DNA from: Bacteroidota bacterium
Lineage (GTDB): Bacteria > Bacteroidota > Bacteroidia > AKYH767-A > OLB10
DNA: 63,519 bases
Assembly: GCA_029547265.1 (NCBI GenBank)
Contig: JAKPPP010000183.1
Coordinates: 1-63,519 of the forward strand
Direction of reading: 5' to 3'
The translations under genes were made by a program, and so were the position numbers. The notes under the pieces were generated by a model that was given only the letters and a program-made list of their open reading frames with translations, made no database searches and was not told the DNA's origin. Each line of letters starts with the position of its first letter. Position 1 is the first letter of the stretch. Of this stretch, positions 58,109 through 63,519 are shown one piece after another.

Positions 58109-58570
58109 ACGTACTAAGGCATCGTCCTTTTTAACGCCTTTAAAGGCAAGAAAAGCTAAAATACTTAGGATTAATAGCGATGGACTAGCAAATCCAAAAC
58201 GAAGTATATGTCCGGGGTCAGCCATTTCACGAAGTTCCAATGTTCCTTTAATTAACATTCCGATTATTGCAATTGGCCAAAACATCAAAAGTCGACAAAG
58301 GCGCATCTGACGCTTTCTGTCCTTAAATGCCAACAAAGTTAAAACTGCGCATATAACTTGAGTTGAAACCATTAACACTAAAAACCATGAATGCTGAATT
58401 ACATTCGATTGACCGTTAAGTGTTTGCACGACAGAAACCATCGAAAAATGGTAAATTGACTGATCTACCGACGTTTCGCCGGGAATTAGTGAATATACTG
58501 GCATGGTTAATATTAGTCCGCCGAGAATGGCATATACCAACAAATAAACAGATTGAATACGTTGAATCAT
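58088..58570 (-). CDS. DUF4293 family membrane protein
   Basis: MIQRIQSVYL, FKDRKRQ, LA..G.KKD..LVRS.DRLR. Confidence 0.9.
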   Translation of the reverse strand: MIQRIQSVYLLVYAILGGLILTMPVYSLIPGETSVDQSIYHFSMVSVVQTLNGQSNVIQHSWFLVLMVSTQVICAVLTLLAFKDRKRQMRLCRLLMFWPIAIIGMLIKGTLELREMADPGHILRFGFASPSLLILSILAFLAFKGVKKDDALVRSADRLR

Positions 58571-58640
58571 GCTGCTAAATTATCAGAATATTAAATTAAG
58601 CAGGTATATGTTGAAAAAATAACCATAAATCAGAAACAAA

Positions 58641-58673
58641 TTTGTGTTTTATACGTTAAAAACCGTATTATTG
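58641..58673 (+). promoter_or_regulatory. Sigma-A promoter for rho
   Basis: TTTG (58641-58644), 21-nt spacer, TATTATTG (one mismatch to TAnnTTTG). Confidence 0.5.
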
Positions 58674-58811
58674 CATTGTAATTGCTCACGAAGCAATTTT
58701 TATACGAGTTACAACATCGGTTTTCCCGATTTATTAAACCCCTTCCCTTCTTGTATTAGTGCGCATTAATTGCGTTGTCGATTTGACCAAAACCCCCTAA
58801 TTATATTTTAC

Positions 58812-60596
58812 ATGTTTGATATCATTCAATTGAATGAAAAATTGCTTCCTGAGTTAAAGGAGATAGCAAAAAAATTAAAAATCGAAAGTTTCGAGAATTT
58901 AAAGAAGCAAGATCTTGTTTATAAGATTTTAGATCATCAGGCATTGAATCCTGAAATTAATTTTGCCGAATTAGGTATTGAAGTGCCTCAAAAACACGAG
59001 CCTGTTAAAGCACATCGCGGTCGCCCGAAAAGCACCGAAAAATCTCACACTAAAGAAGAAACTGCAGAACCTAAGAAGGCACATACAGAGAATCATACTG
59101 AATCAGCTCCTGAAGCTGCTCCGGCACCTGCAAGAGTTCATACTCCTGCTCCTGCACCGGCAGCATCTACAGGTAGTGATGATGGTCGCCCGAAGCGCCA
59201 ACGTATCATCCCTCAAAAAGATGAAAACGAAATCGCGGCAGCAGCGACTTACCAACCACATTCATTCGGCACCGAGAAGCCTGCTGCTAAAGCTGCAGAT
59301 GAAAGTCCGGTAGAATCAAAGCCGACTCCTAAACCTATCGAAGACAGTAAACCGGCGTTCAGAGAGCCTGCTCCTGCTCGTCAACCGATGGAATATCCGC
59401 GTCCACAGCAGCAAATGCCTGCACGTGAGTTTCCGAATCGTGAGCGCAAGCCCGTACAAACAGGAGAACCATTATTCGATTTTGGAGGAAATGTAATTGC
59501 AGAAGGAGTATTAGAATTAATGCCGGAGGGTTTTGGATTCCTTCGTTCATCCGACTACAATTATTTACCATCACCTGATGATGTTTTTGTAACACAAGCT
59601 CAAGTAAAATTATACGGATTAAAAACAGGCGATACTATCAAATGTGCAGTTCGTGCTCCTCGTGAAGGAGAAAAATATTTCCCTTTAGTAAAAGTTGAAA
59701 CTATCAACGGACAATCACCTGAAATCGTTCGCGATCGCGTTCCTTTTGATTTCTTAACACCGTTGTTTGCTCACGAAAAATTCAATTTAATTCATAATCC
59801 AACTAACTACTCTACTCGTGTAATGGATATGTTCACGCCGATCGGTAAAGGTCAACGTGGACTAATTGTTGCGCAACCTAAAACAGGTAAAACTGTTTTA
59901 TTGAAAGAAGTAGCAAATGCTATAGCATCGAATCACCCTGAGGTTTATTTGATCATTCTATTGATCGACGAACGTCCGGAGGAGGTTACCGATATGGCGC
60001 GTAGCGTAAAAGCAGAAGTAATCTCTTCAACTTTCGATGAGCCTGCTGATCGTCACGTGAAAATTGCCAATATCGTTCTCGAAAAAGCGAAGCGTTTAGT
60101 TGAATGCGGACATGATGTTTGTATCTTATTGGATTCAATCACTCGTTTAGCACGTGCTTATAATACCGTAGCTCCTGCATCAGGAAAAGTATTGTCGGGT
60201 GGTGTTGAAGCGAATGCTTTACAAAAGCCAAAACGTTTCTTCGGAGCAGCTCGTAAAATTGAGAATGGAGGATCATTAACAATCCTTGCAACAGCACTTA
60301 CCGATACAGGTTCTAAAATGGACGAAGTGATCTTCGAAGAGTTCAAAGGAACAGGTAACATGGAATTACAGTTAGAGAGAAAATTAGCTAACAAACGTGT
60401 ATTCCCAGCAATCGACTTAGTAGCATCAAGTACTCGTCGCGAGGACTTACTACTCGATCGTGATATGTTACAGAAAATGTGGATTCTTAGAAATCACTTA
60501 GCTGATATGAATCCGATTGAAGCAATGGACTTCTTACTCGACCGAATGAGAGGAACAAAATCAAACGAAGAATTCCTCGTTTCGATGAACGGATAA
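58812..60596 (+). CDS. rho: Transcription termination factor Rho with N-terminal low-complexity insertion
   Basis: [19 protein letters not shown]....[47 protein letters not shown]; start ATG 58812. Confidence 0.98.
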   Translation: MFDIIQLNEKLLPELKEIAKKLKIESFENLKKQDLVYKILDHQALNPEINFAELGIEVPQKHEPVKAHRGRPKSTEKSHTKEETAEPKKAHTENHTESAPEAAPAPARVHTPAPAPAASTGSDDGRPKRQRIIPQKDENEIAAAATYQPHSFGTEKPAAKAADESPVESKPTPKPIEDSKPAFREPAPARQPMEYPRPQQQMPAREFPNRERKPVQTGEPLFDFGGNVIAEGVLELMPEGFGFLRSSDYNYLPSPDDVFVTQAQVKLYGLKTGDTIKCAVRAPREGEKYFPLVKVETINGQSPEIVRDRVPFDFLTPLFAHEKFNLIHNPTNYSTRVMDMFTPIGKGQRGLIVAQPKTGKTVLLKEVANAIASNHPEVYLIILLIDERPEEVTDMARSVKAEVISSTFDEPADRHVKIANIVLEKAKRLVECGHDVCILLDSITRLARAYNTVAPASGKVLSGGVEANALQKPKRFFGAARKIENGGSLTILATALTDTGSKMDEVIFEEFKGTGNMELQLERKLANKRVFPAIDLVASSTRREDLLLDRDMLQKMWILRNHLADMNPIEAMDFLLDRMRGTKSNEEFLVSMNG

Positions 60597-60664
60597 TAAA
60601 TAATCCGTCATACAATTTAATAAAACCAGGAATTTGTTTTAGCAAACACTCTCCTACACTTAAT

Positions 60665-60698
60665 AAAAGAGGCTGTCTTATTTACATAGGACAGCCTC
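60665..60698 (-). terminator. Terminator hairpin between convergent rho and T9SS gene
   Basis: GAGGCTGTC...GACAGCCTC stem, TTTT on minus strand. Confidence 0.7.
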
Positions 60699-60727
60699 AT
60701 TACTATTAGATAAACTTTTAATAATCA

Positions 60728-62536
60728 TCAATCCAAAGCAACTAAGGATACTACAGATGATTCATCACCCGATCTTATTACAAGTTGGTATATTCCTGCA
60801 GGTAATTTTCCGATTTCAAGATCATTATTTTCATCAATATTAAAATCAAACTTAATTGATCGACCGGCAATATCGAATAATTGCGTAGTAATTTCACTTG
60901 CTGAAATTTCATTCAAAGAAATTTTAAATCCTGTAGAAGAAGGATTCGGATAAGCATATAATTGGCTTGAGCTACTCAGCATTTCTTCACTTCTACAAGG
61001 AACAGTTACGTTGATACTATTCGACAATTTCGAACATCCATTTACATTAGTTACCAGGCAACGATAATATCCTGCAGTAGATGCTAAATACTGATTCGTA
61101 TTCGCCGAAGCAAGAGCTACACCATTCTTCTTCCATTGATAACTTAATCCGCTAGTTGAAGGACCTTGCAGTATAACACTTCCACCCTGACAAAAACTTG
61201 TACTGCCCAAAGCAGAAATTGACGCAGTAGGTAATGAATTAACCAAAATCTTCTTCACGCTCGAAGTACGATGACAACCGTGACTATTGGTAACTTCCAA
61301 TCTGTAATTCCCCGCTGTTTTTGCTGTATAATTCAGTGAATTCGCTCCCGGAATTGCAATTTGATTTTTTGTCCACTGATAACTTAACGTACTACCTGAA
61401 TTTCCGGTCAACAGTACCGAATCGCCTGAACAAAAAGTTGTAGACCCTTGAGTACTTATTTTAGCTGAAGGATTACTATAACGAGTAATCACCTGATTGG
61501 CACTTGTAGCAGAACAAGTGCCACCATTAGTTACAAAAACACTGTAATCACCAGCCGACAATACATTTAAGTCTTTAGATGTTTTACCCGGAATATCTAC
61601 ACCTGATTCCTTCCACTGATAATGCATTCCAGTATTTGGTGAAACAGCACTTAATTTCACACTATCACCGGCACAAAAAGCATTAGCAGTAGATTGAACA
61701 CTTACACTCGTTGTACTTCCGGTAGACCAAATTGTATCTAGAGGAGTAGTCCGATAGGAGCATGCATTACTGACATCACATCTATATACTCTATATCCTT
61801 GCGCACCACTCGTGGAAGTATAAGAATTATCAGGGGAATTTGCATTCAGAATGAAATATCCATTATTAAGCATTGTAACCCATGTGTACGTAGCACCGAA
61901 AAATGATGGAAGCGATAATGTAAATTGAGTACCTGAGCATAGTGTATCACCAACAGATGAAGTTAGTGCTAATGTAGATGGTAATGTCTGCAATACATAT
62001 GGAATATTTAGTCCATATGTATTAGTATCTGCTCCACAAGTATTACCAACCCAGCAATTATAAAACCCTCCTATAGTCGCATAATAATTCGGCAATGTGG
62101 CTCCCGGGATAATTTGCCCGTTTCTTGTCCATTGATAACTGCTAAATGCAATAGTGGAAGTATTTACATGCAGCTCAATATGATCACATTTATATCTATA
62201 ATCTTGAGAATCCCAGACAAATTCTCCAACCCAAGTTTGTCGGATCATTACTGTATTAGTTGTTGAAGACCCGCTTGAGTCCGTAACAATACAATAATAA
62301 TACCCAGTTCGAACAGCTGAAAAATAGTTCCCTGTAACAGAAGTTAAGTGATTCAAATGCCCATACACATCTTCAAAATACCAATCATAACTAATGGCAT
62401 TTGCAGGCATAGCATATAAATTTAAGGAGGGATTAGCAAAACAAAGGTCAGTACTTCCAGTATATGTGATATACGCTGCTTTAGAGAAATTACTATAAAG
62501 CAAACAAAGCATTACGAACGTAAGTTTTTTTAGCAT
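60728..62536 (-). CDS. T9SS-secreted protein with tandem Ig-like domains
   Basis: Signal peptide (start ATG 62536); repeated FC.G.SV.L...YQW.K.G..I.GA....Y.A...G.Y...VTN..GC; C-terminal YPNPS...FDI.GR...LPAGIY. Confidence 0.88.
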   Translation of the reverse strand: MLKKLTFVMLCLLYSNFSKAAYITYTGSTDLCFANPSLNLYAMPANAISYDWYFEDVYGHLNHLTSVTGNYFSAVRTGYYYCIVTDSSGSSTTNTVMIRQTWVGEFVWDSQDYRYKCDHIELHVNTSTIAFSSYQWTRNGQIIPGATLPNYYATIGGFYNCWVGNTCGADTNTYGLNIPYVLQTLPSTLALTSSVGDTLCSGTQFTLSLPSFFGATYTWVTMLNNGYFILNANSPDNSYTSTSGAQGYRVYRCDVSNACSYRTTPLDTIWSTGSTTSVSVQSTANAFCAGDSVKLSAVSPNTGMHYQWKESGVDIPGKTSKDLNVLSAGDYSVFVTNGGTCSATSANQVITRYSNPSAKISTQGSTTFCSGDSVLLTGNSGSTLSYQWTKNQIAIPGANSLNYTAKTAGNYRLEVTNSHGCHRTSSVKKILVNSLPTASISALGSTSFCQGGSVILQGPSTSGLSYQWKKNGVALASANTNQYLASTAGYYRCLVTNVNGCSKLSNSINVTVPCRSEEMLSSSSQLYAYPNPSSTGFKISLNEISASEITTQLFDIAGRSIKFDFNIDENNDLEIGKLPAGIYQLVIRSGDESSVVSLVALD

Positions 62537-62604
62537 AGGATTAATATTTATAATAAAGGTAAAAATATTTTCCAATTAAAAAGCAAATGTTAAAAAATAT
62601 TACT

Positions 62605-63519
62605 TTACATATCCGCAAGCTCCTTTGCAAACGAATTCAAATCGATTCCATCGAAGTTACCGGAACTCATTAAGAGCAAGACAGCTTTATCGTACACCTG
62701 GTCCCTCAAATAATTTACAACATCGGAGGATTCATTCATTACAATCAAATCCTTTCGACCAAAAGCTTCTTTCACTTGATCAGGTGTTATCGGAGCTAAT
62801 TTTTTATGAGCTATGGTATGAGGATTATAGTACACCAAAGCAACATCGGGATTATTCATTGAATTAGCATACTCCGCAAGAAAATCAGAATTCAAACTGC
62901 TAAAAGTATGTAGTTCCATGCACGCAATCACGCGGCGATTTGCATATTGAGCTTTAACCGCTTCGGTAGTGGCCTTTAACTTAGATGGAGAATGAGCAAA
63001 ATCTTTAAATACAATCAATTTAGGAGATTCAGCGATCTTCTCTAAACGTCGAGCAGCACCTTTAAACGATGAAATGGCATTGTAGAATTCCGCATCAGTA
63101 ATTCCTACTTGATTGCATACCAGTCGAGCGCCCGTTAGGTTCATCAAATTATGATCTCCGAAAATTTGTAATGGCACCTCTCCTATTTCGGTTTTCAGGT
63201 AGGTAATACCATCACGAATTTCATTGGCAGGAATACCGTATCCCAACTTCTTAACTCCTTCAACCGCATCATTGCTTACACTTCTTACCCATTCATCTTC
63301 TTGGCAATAAATAAGTGCTCCCGAAGCCGGAATTTGGCGTACAAAAATCCTGAATTGCTCAACGTAATTCTCGAATGTCGGGAATACATTGATATGATCC
63401 CATGCAATACCGCTCAGCAATGCTATATCGGGCTTATAGAGATGGAATTTCGGGCGACGATCTATGGGCGACGATAAATACTCATCACCCTCTAAAACCA
63501 TTATTGGGGCATCTGCAGT
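62605..63519 (-). CDS. Mur ligase family (Mpl/MurC-like), 3' part; start lies beyond window
   Basis: LEGDEY, WDHIN.F, G.HN..N, F.GA.RRLE, DFAHSP.K, ELHTFS, LMSSGNF. Confidence 0.9.
   Translation of the reverse strand, partial: TADAPIMVLEGDEYLSSPIDRRPKFHLYKPDIALLSGIAWDHINVFPTFENYVEQFRIFVRQIPASGALIYCQEDEWVRSVSNDAVEGVKKLGYGIPANEIRDGITYLKTEIGEVPLQIFGDHNLMNLTGARLVCNQVGITDAEFYNAISSFKGAARRLEKIAESPKLIVFKDFAHSPSKLKATTEAVKAQYANRRVIACMELHTFSSLNSDFLAEYANSMNNPDVALVYYNPHTIAHKKLAPITPDQVKEAFGRKDLIVMNESSDVVNYLRDQVYDKAVLLLMSSGNFDGIDLNSFAKELADM

Overview
AT-rich bacterial chromosomal window with clear Bacteroidota signatures (TAnnTTTG -7 promoters, type IX secretion C-terminal domains, Bat genes, Rho with a long N-terminal insertion). 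Left to right: a phenylacetate catabolic operon (paaABCD-paaG-paaH-ogt-paaI) with a DNA alkyltransferase embedded in it; a ~23.5 kb Wzx/Wzy-type exopolysaccharide/capsule locus with unusual tailoring genes (two Pol-beta-like nucleotidyltransferase-motif proteins around a beta-propeller); iscS-glmM-ribBA; a 610-bp ORF-free gap holding a tandem array of four structured hairpin units (invariant CC-CCGTAA-GG apex, fully covarying stems, shared GGTTGAT(T)GTCAG...CTGAC frame), which is the best candidate for an undescribed system; fumarylacetoacetate hydrolase/hmgA; a ~1810-aa repeat-built T9SS surface protein; a secreted tailspike-like beta-helix protein; tRNA-Ala(GGC); pyrC, Bat-type vWA protein, PIN-PhoH; two paralogous Ala-rich lipoproteins; a probable sigma-54-driven 38-aa membrane peptide; housekeeping genes (LTA synthase-like sulfatase, DAG kinase, NlpC/P60, batD/batE, rho) and a partial Mur ligase. 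No transposase, integrase, cas gene or prophage was recognised. All calls come from reading the sequence and recalling protein motifs; no database search was run.
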